Source: Macrostomum lignano | Lineage: Eukaryota | Length of the DNA stretch: 64,000 bases | Reading direction: 5' to 3' | Assembly (NCBI GenBank): GCA_002269645.1 | Contig: NIVC01000897.1 | Coordinates: 351,453-415,452, forward strand | In this document: piece by piece, positions 1 through 16,463 of the stretch | Position numbering within the stretch: the stretch's first letter is position 1 | Layout: the number at the start of each line of letters is the position of its first letter | Notes under the pieces: model-generated | The model's input: only the letters and a program-made list of their open reading frames with translations | What the model was told of the DNA's origin: nothing | Database searches by the model: none | Program-made: the position numbers and the translations under genes

Positions 1-1539
1 CAGACTGGCTCATCCAGTTATTCTAGTATCTGTGAGCAGAACCCCAAGCGCTGGCTTAGATAGAGGGAAGGGGGCTTCGTCAACAGGTTGCATTTTTCAT
101 ACTGCTTAGTCATCGTGATCCGATCGAATTGGATCGTTGGTGGCAAATGGCAGCAGCCCAAGTCCACAGACTTCCTTTGCGCTTGAACGGCAGAATATAT
201 CTATGCGCTATTATACGCTGGTATCAACCGCCTTTAAGGAACCCGGATGTAGCTCGTATAACACGAATTTTACTCCAGTTAAATGTTGTCAGCCTTGACA
301 AGTTAGCTTAGTGCATAGCACGCTTTCGTTTGTAGGAAACTTTGCATGCGACCAAATCATTTCCTTTTGCCTGCCCTTTGCTTTATTTAAGAGATAGAAA
401 GTTGCTTATTTAAATTAATTATTTATTCGTTTGTTAAACTGTTTCGAGTTTTGAATTGGCGCCAATTTTAGAAACTTGGTTAAACACATTTAAAATCGAT
501 GTTGGCTAACTAAATGAATTAAGCACACAGATTAACAAAATTTGCACTGAACTCATTTTTCACAGTTTTACGCTGAATTTTGGCGAAAATTTGAGCTCGC
601 AGTTTAGCAAACGATTGTCAAATTGGGACTTGCTCTGACTTAGCATATCAATACGCTCTTTCAATGTAATTTCTGTAGTGAAAATATAACTATATTGTAT
701 AGAGATCTGTTATGCTGGCACTAATATCGGTATTAACCGTGCACTCAACTTAGCATCTATCAGTACTGTACCATAGTGCACCCCATCAGCACAGAATAGC
801 CGCTCACCGTCCTGGCTCTTTATTCCAGAATTTACCTGCTGCACGTACCAAAAAGCTATCCTAGTCCTCAGGCCATGCAGTGGATTCAGAGCATTTTGCT
901 AAGCCGTTGAGAGCAGTTCTGCAGAAGGACACTGATGGACTGACTGGACTGGTTTATTAGGCAGAGTCGATGAGGCTACGAAATAACGTTTTTTTCCCAT
1001 CGCGTGTCTATATGTATTATATATACTGTCTATTTTTTGTTGAAGTTATTGTGATCAAATTTCATTCTAGCTCTCACGCAGCAGGTAATATTTAGTTAAT
1101 ATCAGTTTTAGAACTCTATTTCTAACTTTTTTTCAAATACAAGAGGTAAACCGCTCGCCTGAGAAGTCATATTTTGAGCAGAAAAAGCAAACAAAAAACA
1201 CAAATCTGGAATCTGCCTCAGCAAACCTGCATTGCCATTGTACCCAGTGACGGAAGGTTCATTATTCTATTATTTTGCTTTTCATTTAAGTCTCTATTCG
1301 CTGTTCCATTGCAATAATTCTGGGTCTGCTTTGATATCAGCTTTCTGTGTATTGTCATCAATTTGTTTGTCTGTTGAAATCTTTTTGACGCTAAAAAAGC
1401 TGCTTGCGTTTGTTCAAAAGCTATGAGTTAAATAAATCGAGCTTTTGTTGCGGATCCGAGGCGGATGGAAGCGCTTGGTTTTGTAGGGTTCACGCGGACA
1501 AGCCAACATGTTGGAGTCATTCGTGTGCGTCATTGTGAT

Positions 1540-2695
1540 GGCCGGATAATCACTGATTGATTGTGCTGGGTGGATAATCACTGATTGATTGTGATGGGTG
1601 GATAACCACTGCTTGATTGTGATGGGTGGATAATCACTGATTGATTGTGATGGGTGGATAATCACTGATTGATTGTGATGAGTGGATAATCACTGCTTGA
1701 TTGTGATAGGTGGATAATCACTGATTGATTGTGATGGGTGGATAATCACTGCTTGATTGTGATGGCCGGATAATCACTGATTGATGTGATGGGTGGATAA
1801 TCACTGATTGATTGTGATGGGTGGATAATCACTGATTGATTGTGATGGGTGGATAATCACTGATTGATTGTGCTGGGTGGATAATCACTGATTGATTGTG
1901 ATAGGTGGATAATCACTGATTGATTGTGCTGGGTGGATAATCACTGATTGTGATGGGTGGATAAGCACTGATTGATTGTGATGGGTGGATAATCACTGAT
2001 TGTGATGGGTGGATAATCACTGATTGATTGTGATGGGTGGATAATCACTGATTGATTGTGATGGGTGGATAATCACTGATTGATTGTGCTGGGTGGATAA
2101 TCACTGATTGATTGTGATAGGTGGATAATCACTGATTGATTGTGCTGGGTGGATAATCACTGATTGTGATGGGTGGATAATCACTGATTGATTGTGATGG
2201 GTGGATAATCACTGATTGATTGTGATGGGTGGATAATCACTGATTGATTGTGCTGGGTGGATAATCACTGATTGATTGTGATAGGTGGATAATCACTGAT
2301 TGATTGTGCTGGGTGGATAATCACTGATTGTGATGGGTGGATAAGCACTGATTGATTGTGATGGGTGGATAATCACTGATTGATTGTGATGGGTGGATAA
2401 TCATTGATTTATTGTGATGGGTGGATAATCACTGATTGATTGTGATGGGTGGATAATCATTGATTTATTGTGATGAGTGGATAATCACTGATTGATTGTG
2501 ATGGGTGGATAATCACTGATTGATTGTGATGGGTGGATAATCACTGATTGATTGTGATGGGTGGATAATCATTGATTTATTGTGATGGGTGGATAATCAC
2601 TGATTGATTGTGATGGGTGGATAATCACTGATTGATTGTGATGGGTGGATAATCACTGATTGATTGTGATGGGTGGATAATCACTGATTGATTGG
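1540..2695. repeat. Minisatellite, 28-bp unit GATTGATTGTGATGGGTGGATAATCACT
   Basis: Tandem unit read directly, with occasional 24-bp deletion variants. Confidence 0.97.
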
Positions 2696-3574
2696 ATGTC
2701 GCCGAGGGCCTTCGCAGGCCTCCTACAAATTATGATTATTATATCACTACCGGTGCTGACGCCATCCTTTTTAATGATACGGGGAGGCATGAGAGACAAT
2801 GGCATAAAAGGAAGTTTTCTTATCCATTTGGGAAAACTCCGAGGGTAGGTAATAAATTTAGAGAATTCTATCTTTATACTTTTTCTCTGGCCTCTTCTTT
2901 TACAAAATTGCAGTCTTATTTTCTCTCTCGGGATTTCAGCTTCATACTTGAACACAATCAACAACCCCTTGTTAAACCCTTGTTGTGTTTATAGCCGCAC
3001 AATCACGCTTAAAGTGTGTTCCTCCCCAAGCCATTTTGTTGGGAATTTACAACTTCCCAAAAGAATGCCGTTTGAAGGCCGAGCCATATATGGAAACAAC
3101 TGAGGGAGACTGTAAATAGATGGGGCAATTCGCCGAGTTACAAGCCCGGAGAGAGCGAGACTGGCAGCTGGGCAGCTTGTTTTTCTTTGACAGCGCAAGG
3201 ATGCAATCGGAATTTCCTGTAGGGAAGAATCTCCCGCCTGTATCTGCCTCACTCAAGGCGAGACATGCTAGGGGCGAAATGGAATCCGAAAAATGAATTT
3301 CTGTCTTCCCATCATTAGCGGTTGTCACTTATTCTTGCCAGGGATAGGTCGAGGGAGAGGGTATTTCATTTAGCAATCCTTAGAGACCCACCACAGCGCC
3401 TGCCGCCCACTACTGCCGCCCCGCTACATCTAAGCGCTAAAAATGCGTCTTTTGTAAAAATTTCTGGAATAAGTGTACATAAATAAAGCCATTTCTGATA
3501 ACAGTCAAGTTCACTCTGACCTTCTGACCTTCGCTATCTCTATTCACTTCTTCGTGAATGTGTCCGTCCCGTCT

Positions 3575-4232
3575 CCTTCAGTCCCTCTCCCTCAGTTCCT
3601 CTCCCTCAGTCCCTCTCCCTCAGTCCCTCTCCCTCAGTTCCTCTCCCTCAGTCCCTCTCCCTCAGTCCCTCTCCCTCAGTTCCTCTCCCTCAGTCCCTCT
3701 CCCTCAGTCCCTCTCCCTCAGTTCCTCTCCCTCAGTCCCTCTCCCTCAGTTCCTCTCCCTCAGTCCCGTCTCACTTAGTCCCTCTCCCTCAGTTCCTCTC
3801 CCTCAGTCCCTCTCCCTCAGTCCCTCTCCCTCAGTCCCTCTCCCTCAGTCCCTCTCCCTCAGTCCCTCTCCCTCAGTCCCTCTCCCTCAGTCCCTCTCCC
3901 TCAGTCCCTCTCCCTCAGTCCCTCTCCCTCAGTCCCTCTCCCTCAGTCCCTCTCCCTCAGTCCCTCTCCCTCAGTCCCTCTCCCTCAGTCCCTCTCCCTC
4001 AGTCCCTCTCCCTCAGTCCCTCTCCCTCAGTCCCTCTCCCTCAGTCCCTCTCCCTCAGTCCCTCTCCCTCAGTCCCTCTCCCTCAGTCCCTCTCCCTCAA
4101 TCCCTCTCCCTCAGTCCCTCTCCCTCAGTCCCTCTCCCTCAGTCCCTCTCCCTCAGTCCCTCTCCCTCAGTCCCTCTCCCTCAGTCCCTCTCCCTCAGTC
4201 CCTCTCCCTCAGTCCCTCTCCCCCAGTCCCAC
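3575..4232. repeat. Minisatellite, 14-bp unit CCCTCAGTCCCTCT
   Basis: Tandem unit read directly. Confidence 0.97.
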
Positions 4233-4994
4233 TAACTCTTAAATGTTTAGCAGTTTTTCAATCTTACATTTTTACTGAATTTATTTTGCTTACAAGAAAG
4301 GCCTCAATATATGTGGTTGTGTTTCAAGTTTATTATAAACCCAGTAATATCGGAGATCCAATTGTATTGATTTTTCTTACACAAAGATTAGCTAATAAAT
4401 AGCAATCGCAGCAATTTCAAGCAAAGTTGATTGGATTCGGCTACAGAAGGAATAAATTTAATTTTGAAAATTTCTTCCACACGCCTTTGAAGCCAAGCGC
4501 ACCTGAGCTCGAGAGCGGCCTCCGCAGCCAATTTTGGGAAACTTGCAGTCGATTATATTTTTAAGCGCCAATTTTTCACCAAGCAAATTTTTACAAGAAT
4601 TGGTCGTCAGATTTGCTTGGCCATCATTTTTTTTGCTGTTTGCTTTGACAACCTTGTCTTATTGAAATTTCGCAAATCATTTCCCAGCAACTGCAGGTGC
4701 AGTCAAACTGAATTAATTGTTTTAATTTTCCTCAGACAGGAAGCAGCTCTGACTTATTCTCAAAGACATCGACTGCTTCAACCGGCTCGGCCTCGAGATT
4801 TGCAATATTGCGTGACTTACTGCTTTAACAAAGGGTTAGGCGGGGCCAGTGTCCTGCTTCTGAGAATAGAATAGATAGTTTAGTAACCTCAATGCCCCCT
4901 CATCAATGCAAGGGGGGCTTGACGACTGATTTAATTAGAAGCTGGCGATTAAGAAACACCGGGTACCTGCTTCTTGAATAGATCTGCCACCACC

Positions 4995-6185
4995 TCAGCT
5001 GTACCTACCTCTCATCTGTATCTCCTTAGCTGTACCTACCTCTCATCTGTAGCTCTTCAGCTGTACCTACCTCTCATCTGTAGCTCTTCAGCTGTACCTA
5101 CCTCTCATCTGTATCTCCTTAGCTGTACCTACCTCTCATCTGTAGCTCTTCAGCTGTACCTACCTCTCATCTGTAGCTCTTCAGCTGTACCTACCTCTCA
5201 TCTGTAGCTCTTCAGCTGTACCTACCTCTCATCTGTAGCTCTTCAGCTGTACCTACCTCTCATCTGTAGCTCTTCAGCTGTACCAACCTCTCATCTGTAT
5301 CTCCTTAGCTGTACCTACCTCTCATCTGTAGCTCTTCAGCTGTACCTACCTCTCATCTGTAGCTCTTCAGCTGTACCTACCTCTCATCTGTAGCTCTTCA
5401 GCTGTACCTACCTCTCATCTGTATCTCCTCAGCTGTACCAACCTCTCATCTGTATCTCCTCAGCTGTACCTACCTCTCATCTGTAGCTCTTCAGCTGTAC
5501 CTACCTCTCATCTGTATCTCCTTAGCTGTACCTACCTCTCATCTGTAGCTCTTCAGCTGTACCTACCTCTCATCTGTATCTCCTCAGCTGTACCTACCTC
5601 TCATCTGTATCTCCTCAGCTGTACCTACCCCTCATCTGTAGCTCCTCAGCTGTACCTACCTCTCATCTGTAGCTCCTTAGCTGTACCTACCTCTCATCTG
5701 TAGCTCTTCAGCTGTACCTACCTCTCATCTGTAGCTCTTCAGCTGTACCTACCTCTCATCTGTAGCTCTTCAGCTGTACCTACCTCTCATCTGTATCTCC
5801 TCAGCTGTACCAACCTCTCATCTGTATCTCCTCAGCTGTACCTACCTCTCATCTGTAGCTCTTCAGCTGTACCAACCTCTCATCTGTATCTCCTCAGCTG
5901 TACCTACCTCTCATCTGTATCTCCTCAGCTGTACCTACCTCTCATCTGTAGCTCTTCAGCTGTACCTACCTCTCATCTGTATCTCCTCAGCTGTACCTAC
6001 CTCTCATCTGTATCTCCTCAGCTGTACCTACCCCTCATCTGTAGCTCCTCAGCTGTACCTACCTCTCATCTGTAGCTCCTTAGCTGTACCTACCTCTCAT
6101 CTGTAGCTCTTCAGCTGTACCTACCTCTTATCTGTAGCTCCTCAGCTGTACCTACCTCTCATCTGTATCCCCTCATCTGTACCTA
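4995..6185. repeat. Minisatellite, 31-bp unit CAGCTGTACCTACCTCTCATCTGTAGCTCTT
   Basis: Tandem unit read directly, with point variants. Confidence 0.97.
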
Positions 6186-6485
6186 CCTACCTCTACTTCT
6201 CTACTTCTAACTATCTTCTATCTCCCTCTCCATCTTGTTTTCCTATTTGCACACATAAGTGCATGTGCACCCTTACTGCCGTGCAGAGAATATTCCCAGC
6301 AGAAATGCGTCGGAGTTGGAGTGGGGCGAAATTGTCAGAATCTGGCAGCAGAGGCGGCGTTAGAAAGTTTAAAACACCTGCGAACGCCTGCTCTTCAAAA
6401 AAATAATTTTCATTTTTATTTTCATTTTATTTGTTAATTTTTTGTCCTGACGCCGGACTGCCGCTTGCATTTCTTTGAAGGGGCG

Positions 6486-7000
6486 AGAGACAGGGGCGCC
6501 CACCGAGAGACAGGGGCAACCACAAAAAGACAGATGCAACTACCAAGAGACAGGGGCGCCCATAAAGAGACAGGGGCAACCACTAAAAGACAGGGACAAC
6601 TACCAAGAGACAGGAGCGCCCACCAAGAGACAGGGGCAACTACCAAGAAACAGGAGCGCCCACCAAGAGACAGGGGCAACTACCAAGAAACAGGAGCGCC
6701 CACCAAGAGACAGGGGCAACTACCAAGAGACAGGAGCGCCCACTAAAAGACAGGGACAACTACCAAGAGACAGGGGCGCCCACCAAGAGACAGGGGCGCC
6801 CATAAAGAGACAGGGGCAACCACTAAAAGACAGGGACAACTACCAAGAAACAGGAGCGCCCACCAAAAGACAGGGGCGCCCACCAAAAGACAGGGGCGCC
6901 AACCAAGAGACAGGGGCGCCCACCAAGAGACAGGGGCGCCCACCAAGAGACAGGGGCGCCCACCAAGAGAAAGGGTCGCCCACTACGAGACAAGGGCGCC
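6486..7000. repeat. Degenerate minisatellite, ~20-bp unit AGAGACAGGGGCGCCCACCA with higher-order variants
   Basis: Tandem unit read directly. Confidence 0.93.
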
Positions 7001-7899
7001 AACCTGACACCAAATATTGGAACCCCTAATATTGGCGGCCCCAAGTGAGCAAGCTAATAAGTTGAATTTTATGTATTTGTTGTTACGAGAAGGTGCTGTA
7101 TGGCAAAGACAACTAGTCATCTTCAAGGTGGCAAAGTTCATGCGGTCCTGTTTTCAAGATTCCTTAGCAAAAGCACCGCTTCGCCCTGTCAATCATGCAG
7201 TTGGAGCGTGATCCCGCGGGCGGCAGCATGTGGAACTGGGGAACGGGTCCAGTCAAGGAGGCCCAGAAACAGAACTTGTAGTAGCAGCGACTTCCCAAAC
7301 ATCCCCCTCCACCCCACTTTTTGCAGACAGCTGTAGGCGGACTGCAGCTTTTGTCAACACTTTGCTCATAGCCCACTGCTCAAAATGCAAAAATGCAAAG
7401 CCTCCCTGAGTGCGGCCATCTGAACTAAACCGGTACGATATTCGGTGCAAGAATATTGGAGTGGGGTGGGGAGAATTTAAATTCAATGAGTGTAGTGAGG
7501 GATTCGTTTGTAAAGAGCTGATTGAAAAAAGTGAATTAAGGAGAGTGAGTGAAAGTGAAAGAGAGAGTGAGTGAAGGAGAGAGTGAATGAATGAATTAGT
7601 GGTTGAATGAGTGAGTGAATGAAGGAAGTGAGAGAGTGAGTGAATGAGAAAGTGATTGAATGAGTAAAATGTCTGTAGAAAGCCGTAATAATGTGGTGAA
7701 AGCTACGGGAGTTCTATAAAGCAATGTGTGAATACTTTTAGCTTTTTCTTAGAAACTGCGCTCGTATTTGTCAAAAGCGCGTTTCTACCTACTTATAAAT
7801 GGAGTTTAAGTAGCATGATTCGCGATTTTTTTATTTAAGGCATCGAAATATAATTTTATATTTGCAGAGAATAAAGGCGATACAATTTGGCAGGAAGTC

Positions 7900-8633
7900 A
7901 AGGAGATTACAAAATTACAGATTTGGGTTTACTTATTCGGCAGATATTCCCTCAGGCCAATTCACTGGATAGACAGTTGCGTCTATTATGTTAACTGGGC
8001 ATCAGTGGGGCTGTGTTAAAATTAGCCGAGACACCGTGTTATTATCAGTGAACACTCGATGTGCATGGGTGACAGGGGGACCACCATGAGCTGCATTGGC
8101 GCGTGCCAGCAGATCAGGTTTCTTCAGCCAGCGGGCAGACTCGTTCCGGTCTGGAGTTTCTACCATAGACATGAGAAGAGCACTGATGGTAGAAACCTGC
8201 TTGACTGTCTTCAAGATTAGCGAACATATCATATAAAAAACACACCGAAAGTTAAGCAGAAAGAAAGTTAGTCGCGGTTAGCCACCAATTTCGCCATAGT
8301 TTCGTAGTCTATAGGCAAAACCCTATTCAGTGCTATGCTTTTTGCAGGTAGTTTTGTAGCCTCCAGCACACCTTGGTTCTGCAGGACATTGCAAGTCATC
8401 AAACCTTGACGCCTTGCCACCCATTTGCAGACGATCTCTGTACAGAAGATGCTATAAGTGGTCTTTTCTTTGACATTAAGCAACCTTGCAATGTCCTTGA
8501 GGTGTTCACCTTTGTCGAGTGCTACTCTTGCTACCATAGACAAAAGCTCCATCACTTTGGAAAATGTATAATGGATTAAACTCAATGTGCGTAAGCTCAA
8601 ATGGGCAACAAAGGTCTCGTATAATAAGAGCAA
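7900..8633 (-). pseudogene. Possible highly degraded Tc1/IS630-like transposase remnant
   Basis: ORF 8268-8633 contains an HTH-like segment (KGEHLKDIARLLNVKEKTTYSI). ORF 8002-8232 has VFTDN, resembling a DDE aspartate context. No TIRs found. Weak by-eye similarity only. Confidence 0.25.
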
Positions 8634-8869
8634 ACCACTGCTACGTATGAAATATGTTTGAGCAAAGCTGCTGGTTAAAAAGTTTTACGGGTCGGATTAA
8701 AAAAGGTGCAATTCTTCTTCACGCAAGTCAGGCAAATAAAGATTCATCTGCCTCGGTCGTGCACTGCCACTTTTCTAGAAAGCTCAAAGAGGATCACCAA
8801 TAGTACAAAAACACAAGCAGATTGACAGGAATTTGGGGAGTTTAACCTCTGAGACACTGGGGACACATG

Positions 8870-10240
<1,371 letters not shown>

Positions 10241-11008
10241 TCACCAGAGATTGCTTGGGTGGTCTTGTCAGAATGCTTCTCAATTGATTCTATGGATGAG
10301 TGTTATATTTATATGCATTCGATTTCTAAGTTTGACATCAAAAGGGCTTGACCAATCAGCTGTTTGGGAGGAGGGTCTCCGGGCCCCTAACCAACCCCCC
10401 CCCCCCCCTATTATTCGGCCACTCTCCGCCCCGCTCTCCCCCCCCTGTTCGGCCCAAGCCGTTGATGGCTACCTGCAGTAGGGTAGCTGATTGTAAACAT
10501 CGCCTCTTTGGATTGTGTAAACACACTCTAGCCAGCAACCCGCACTCGAGCCCCGATATCAGGCTTGAGTTCTCATTGTGTTCTGTATCCATTCTCGGTC
10601 CTCGTATATTGCCAACTACAACTGTGCTCTGGCCAACAAAAGGAGCCGAGGTTTAGTGGGGGTGGGCTGACTTGAGTAGTTAGATAATTTAAACAAAAAT
10701 ACCGGGTTTTTATCCGCGCGGCCACCGAAGCGCCAATGTTGACACAACTCGGAGGGGGCTGGGGTGTCGAAATCATAGAAACTCAAGAGGGTATAAGCAT
10801 TGAATAGAATGTTTGTGTTATAAGATTGCAGCCATGCGACAGCAAAAATAAGAGAAGAAAATACTTGGGCGGTGCAGAGCAGCTGCAGGCTTCAATGCTG
10901 GTCATGGACTTCTGGAGCTATGAACTGGAGTTTTAGCTCACAGGGCCGAGTCATTGCGACGTCAGGGGCGCCAGAGGGCTGTGGTTCTCTATATAGTGGC
11001 AAAAATTA

Positions 11009-11337
11009 TGGCGCCCCTTGGTGCTGGCGCCCCTTGGTGCTGGCGCCCCTTGGTGCTGGCGCCCCTTGGTGCTGGCGCCCCTTGGTGCTGGCGCCCCTTG
11101 GTGCTGGCGCCCCTTGGTGCTGGCGCCCCTTGGTGCTGGCGCCCCTTGGTGCTGGCGCCCCTTGGTGCTGGCGCCCCTTGGTGCTGGCGCCCCTTGGTGC
11201 TGGCGCCCCTTGGTGCTGGCGCCCCTTGGTGCTGGCGCCCCTTGGTGCTGGCGCCCCTTGGTGCTGGCGCCCCTTGGTGCTGGCGCCCCTTGGTGCTGGC
11301 GCCCCTTGGTGCTGGCGCCCCTTGGTGCTGGCGACCC
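11009..11337. repeat. Minisatellite, 16-bp unit GGCGCCCCTTGGTGCT
   Basis: About 20 near-perfect copies. Confidence 0.97.
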
Positions 11338-12419
11338 TCTCTTGTGCCTCACAAAGATGCAGCCTCCCAAATAGAAAATGCTGGCTGAGGTCTCACTCTA
11401 GTATTGCCGCCCTAATGCATAAAATTATTACTATTAGCAGTTGATCAGTTATCTTATTCAATTTTTCAAGATGAATTTGTAACAGAACAGGAGTTGTCAA
11501 AGCCAGATAGCAGATTTCAGAACACCTTGGCGTCGCAGCCAACTTGAAGGCCCGCAACTTTAATTAGCTGACAGGTGGGCTTGATGCAGCCTGTCAAAAC
11601 TTCTATGCTGCTCACAGAGACTGCACGGTGGGGCAAACAGCTGAATAAAATAATACAAACAGAGACACTGCTGCTGTATCTCTAGTCAGGGCTGCAGATC
11701 TGTAATGCTGAACTGCACAATTTCAACTGTGGGAAACAGTAGAAAGGGTTGGCCAGCGATTTGCACACAAACCCCAGTTTAGTTCGTGTGCTCGCTCAAG
11801 TTGTGTCTTCTGTTTGTATTGTGGCCAACCCTCTTGCCTTAAACCCATTAGATGAGTGTTTCATTGCGGCAACTCTTACTGTTAAGCAACGATTACCTTT
11901 TTTGTATTGGCAATTGCCAATTGAGACTGGCGTTGGTTCCTCATTGCGATGAAGAATTTTTCGGAAGCTGGTTTAGAATTGCAAAATAATTTGGCTTCAC
12001 TTATTGGTCTCCAGGACCTTCAGGACACGCGTCCGCTCTCTCTCTCTCCCCAAGAATCCAGTTTCTCGAATTCAATTGACAAGCGCCGTCCTCCTCCAAC
12101 CCGGAGGCGCTTTCACGGGCTTCAATTTCATCGTCACTTCCGTTATGTCGCCTGCGGGGCTTGCAAAAGAGGCGTCTCTTGTATAGTCGAAAAGCGACAG
12201 TGGCTTTTTTGAGTTACTCAACCGATTATCGAAACAGCTAAATGGAAAGGCGACCACCGATCTGCAATGGCAACCATGTGCAGGGAATAAGCATTAGTAG
12301 GTGCGAAATGAAAACAGTGTCATTTCTTATAACATTGATGACAAACTGAATTCAGGCAGGTTAAGCCGAATTGATCGCGGTTAGTACACAGCTGAACTGT
12401 CTGAGTGCGTCAACCTGGG

Positions 12420-12700
12420 GGGAGGGGCTCTGCGCGTCACTCTGATGTACCAGAGGCCCAGGCTCGATTCCCAGTGCAGTCATATTGATTTGGGGCTAAA
12501 TTTGAATCTCGGCTTGGCTCTGCTTGTGCAATTAACGGTCTTGAAGTCCAACCCCCCCCAAGGCACAGTGAAGTGTACATGCTTAACGATAAATAAAGTT
12601 AGGGCCGCTGTACACTCCTGTGTGAGTGTGTGTCTGTGCGTATGACTGCGTACGCATGTGTGCCTGCTCAGGGGAGTCGGCAGAATGGGCAGCAATGTGC
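12420..12700 (+). mobile_element. Second copy of the putative SINE family seen in the FoxG intron
   Basis: Shares GGCCCAGGCTCGATTCC, GAATCTCGGCTTGGCTCTGCT, CGATAAATAAAGTTAGGGCCGCTGT and TGTGCCTGCTCAGGGGAGTCGGC with 9530-9760. Confidence 0.65.
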
Positions 12701-13279
12701 GCCAGGGTTCACACAGAGTTCACACAGAACTCAAGTCTTGCAGTTTAGTATGAATCTAATATGGGAGGCAGAGTGCCAATGGACTCTTAAATCCTATTCT
12801 AAATCACTATATTGGTGAAGCTTTTGTTTGGAAAAAATCATTGTTTGAACATTAGAGACGATTCTGGCTCTCAGCGGGCGGCCTCCTCCGAGCCATGCGC
12901 GGCACAATGGGATCTTCGCTTCGTTGGGCTCTAAATTATATTTTATTTAATGATTGCCGCAACCCCCTAAACATCTCCGAAGAGAAGTCTGCGAGTTGGA
13001 GGGTCGAGCAGCAGGAGCGACTCGCTCGGACTCAACCGATGCGGAACAACTGCCGACAATTGCTGACAAAGCTGATGAGATCTCCTGCGTTTGTTCCGGG
13101 CGCGTGACTTTCAACTTGTCCGATTTTCCCCGATCTGTCTTGAGTATAGCCTCAATGTGCTATACTCAAGGCGGGTCTTGGAGAACTCGGCGCTGCGGGG
13201 GGGGTGGCTGGAAAACCGCCTGCGGTGCTTTGGGAAGGGCTTCTACTGGGACTGTTTGCCATCGCTGTCATAATAGTGG

Positions 13280-13891
<612 letters not shown>

Positions 13892-14591
13892 TTTAGATAC
13901 TACCAGTCCGCTTCTATACTTAGTCTCTTAAATTATCTGTTTTCGCAACAAGCACAAATTAATTTCAAAACTTTCACTGCCATTCTTCAACGCGACAGCT
14001 CCCCGCTAAATGAAATGATGCAACAGTCTAAAATGGACGCCCTCGCCAACACAGGCCGCTGCGGGTAAAAAGCGCTAGCTGGCTCGCCTCTGTTGCTGTG
14101 AGGGGCTGCAATGTTCTCGCATTTCCCCTCAAGGAAGGCGGCTCCAAAGAGCACTGCCGCAATAATTGCGCCCGAGTCGATCTGATCCGCAACATCTCCG
14201 CTCCCTACCTCTCCGCTCTTCATCTTCCCATTTCCAGCGCGCGACATCCCGCAGCGCGGTGGGCGGGGTGGCTTGATCATGCAGTTCCAAGTCGGATCGC
14301 ATTATTTGTATTTGCTTTGATTAGGATTGCTATCATTGAACATTTCCTGTGTTGCCGGGTGCACTTACCCTACAAATTGAAAATGCTTAGAGACCAATCG
14401 ACCTCTAATGATGGGGCTTAACTTTGCATTAAAACAGCTCTCAAATGCCACATTTACTACTCAGGAGTGCCTCGCCAGTAGTAAATGTATTCAATATACG
14501 AACGAAAGCAAAACTAATTAGACTTAACCGTTGTTAAGTGTACCTGCTTTAGCATGGACAATTAAAGTAGAAGCATGCTCAACTCACTGCC

Positions 14592-16450
14592 TCGTGTCTG
14601 TCCTAGTGTCTGTCCTCGTGTCTGTCCTAGTGTCTGTCCTAGTGTCTGTCCTAGTGTCTGTCCTAGTGTCTGTCCTAGTGTCTGTCCTAGTGTCTGTCCT
14701 CGTGTCTGTCCTAGTGTCTGTCCTAGTGTCTGTCCTAGTGTCTGTCCTAGTGTCTGTCCTAGTGTCTGTCCTAGTGTCTGTCCTAGTGTCTGTCCTAGTG
14801 TCTGTCCTAGTGTCTGTCCTAGTGTCTGTCCTAGTGTCTGTCCTAGTGTCTGTCCTCGTGTCTGTCCTAGTGTCTGTCCTCGTGTCTGTCCTAGTGTCTG
14901 TCCTAGTGTCTGTCCTAGTGTCTGTCCTAGTGTCTGTCCTAGTGTCTGTCCTAGTGTCTGTCCTAGTGTCTGTCCTAGTGTCTGTCCTAGTGTCTGTCCT
15001 AGTGTCTGTCCTAGTGTCTGTCCTAGTGTCTGTCCTAGTGTCTGTCCTAGTGTCTGTCCTCGTGTCTGTCCTAGTGTCTGTCCTCGTGTCTGTCCTAGTG
15101 TCTGTCCTAGTGTCTGTCCTAGTGTCTGTCCTAGTGTCTGTCCTAGTGTCTGTCCTAGTGTCTGTCCTAGTGTCTGTCCTAGTGTCTGTCCTCGTGTCTG
15201 TCCTAGTGTCTGTCCTCGTGTCTGTCCTAGTGTCTGTCCTAGTGTCTGTCCTAGTGTCTGTCCTAGTGTCTGTCCTCGTGTCTGTCCTAGTGTCTGTCCT
15301 CGTGTCTGTCCTAGTGTCTGTCCTAGTGTCTGTCCTAGTGTCTGTCCTAGTGTCTGTCCTCGTGTCTGTCCTAGTGTCTGTCCTAGTGTCTGTCCTAGTG
15401 TCTGTCCTCGTGTCTGTCCTAGTGTCTGTCCTAGTGTCTGTCCTCGTGTCTGTCCTAGTGTTTGTCCTCGTGTCTGTCCTAGTGTCTGTCCTAGTGTCTG
15501 TCCTCGTGTCTGTCCTAGTGTCTGTCCTAGTGTCTGTCCTAGTGTTTGTCCTAGTGTCTGTCCTAGTGTCTGTCCTAGTGTCTGTCCTAGTGTTTGTCCT
15601 AGTGTCTGTCCTAGTGTCTGTCCTAGTGTCTGTCCTAGTGTCTGTCCTCGTGTCTGTCCTAGTGTCTGTCCTAGTGTCTGTCCTCGTGTCTGTCCTAGTG
15701 TTTGTCCTAGTGTCTGTCCTCGTGTCTGTCCTAGTGTCTGTCTTAGTGTCTGTACTGGTGTCTGTCCTAGTGTCTGTCTCAGTGTCTGCCTCAGTGTCTG
15801 TCTCAGTATCTGCCTTAGTGTATGTCTTAGTGTCTGTCCTAGTGTCTGTCCTCGTGTCTGTCCTAGTGTCTGTCCTCGTGTCTGTCCTAGTGTCTGTCCT
15901 AGTGTCTGTCCTCGTGTCTGTCCTAGTGTTTGTCCTAGTGTCTGTCCTCGTGTCTGTCCTAGTGTCTGTCTTAGTGTCTGTACTGGTGTCTGTCCTAGTG
16001 TCTGTCTCAGTGTCTGCCTCAGTGTCTGTCTCAGTATCTGCCTTAGTGTTTGTCCTAGTGTCTGTCCTAGTGTTTGTCCTAGTGTCTGTCCTAGTGTCTG
16101 TCCTAGTGTCTGTCCTCGTGTCTGTCCTAGTGTCTGTCCTAGTGTCTGTCCTAGTGTTTGTCCTAGTGTCTGTCCTAGTGTCTGTCCTAGTGTCTGTCCT
16201 AGTGTCTGTCCTAGTGTCTGTCCTAGTGTCTGTCCTAGTGTCTGTCCTAGTGTCTGTCCTCGTGTCTGTCCTAGTGTCTGTCCTAGTGTCTGTCCTCGTG
16301 TCTGTCCTAGTGTTTGTCCTAGTGTCTGTCCTCGTGTCTGTCCTAGTGTCTGTCTTAGTGTCTGTACTGGTGTCTGTCCTAGTGTCTGTCTCAGTGTCTG
16401 CCTCAGTGTCTGTCTCAGTATCTGCCTTAGTGTATGTCTTAGTGTCTATA
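14592..16450. repeat. Minisatellite, 12-bp unit TGTCTGTCCT(A/C)G, with higher-order variant blocks at the right end
   Basis: Read directly. The array resumes after the LTR element. Confidence 0.98.
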
Positions 16451-16463
16451 TTTATGTCCGCCT

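Noticed and set aside
129-1500. Short ORFs at the window start and other intergenic ORFs under 110 aa
   Set aside because: No motifs, splice logic or compositional support.
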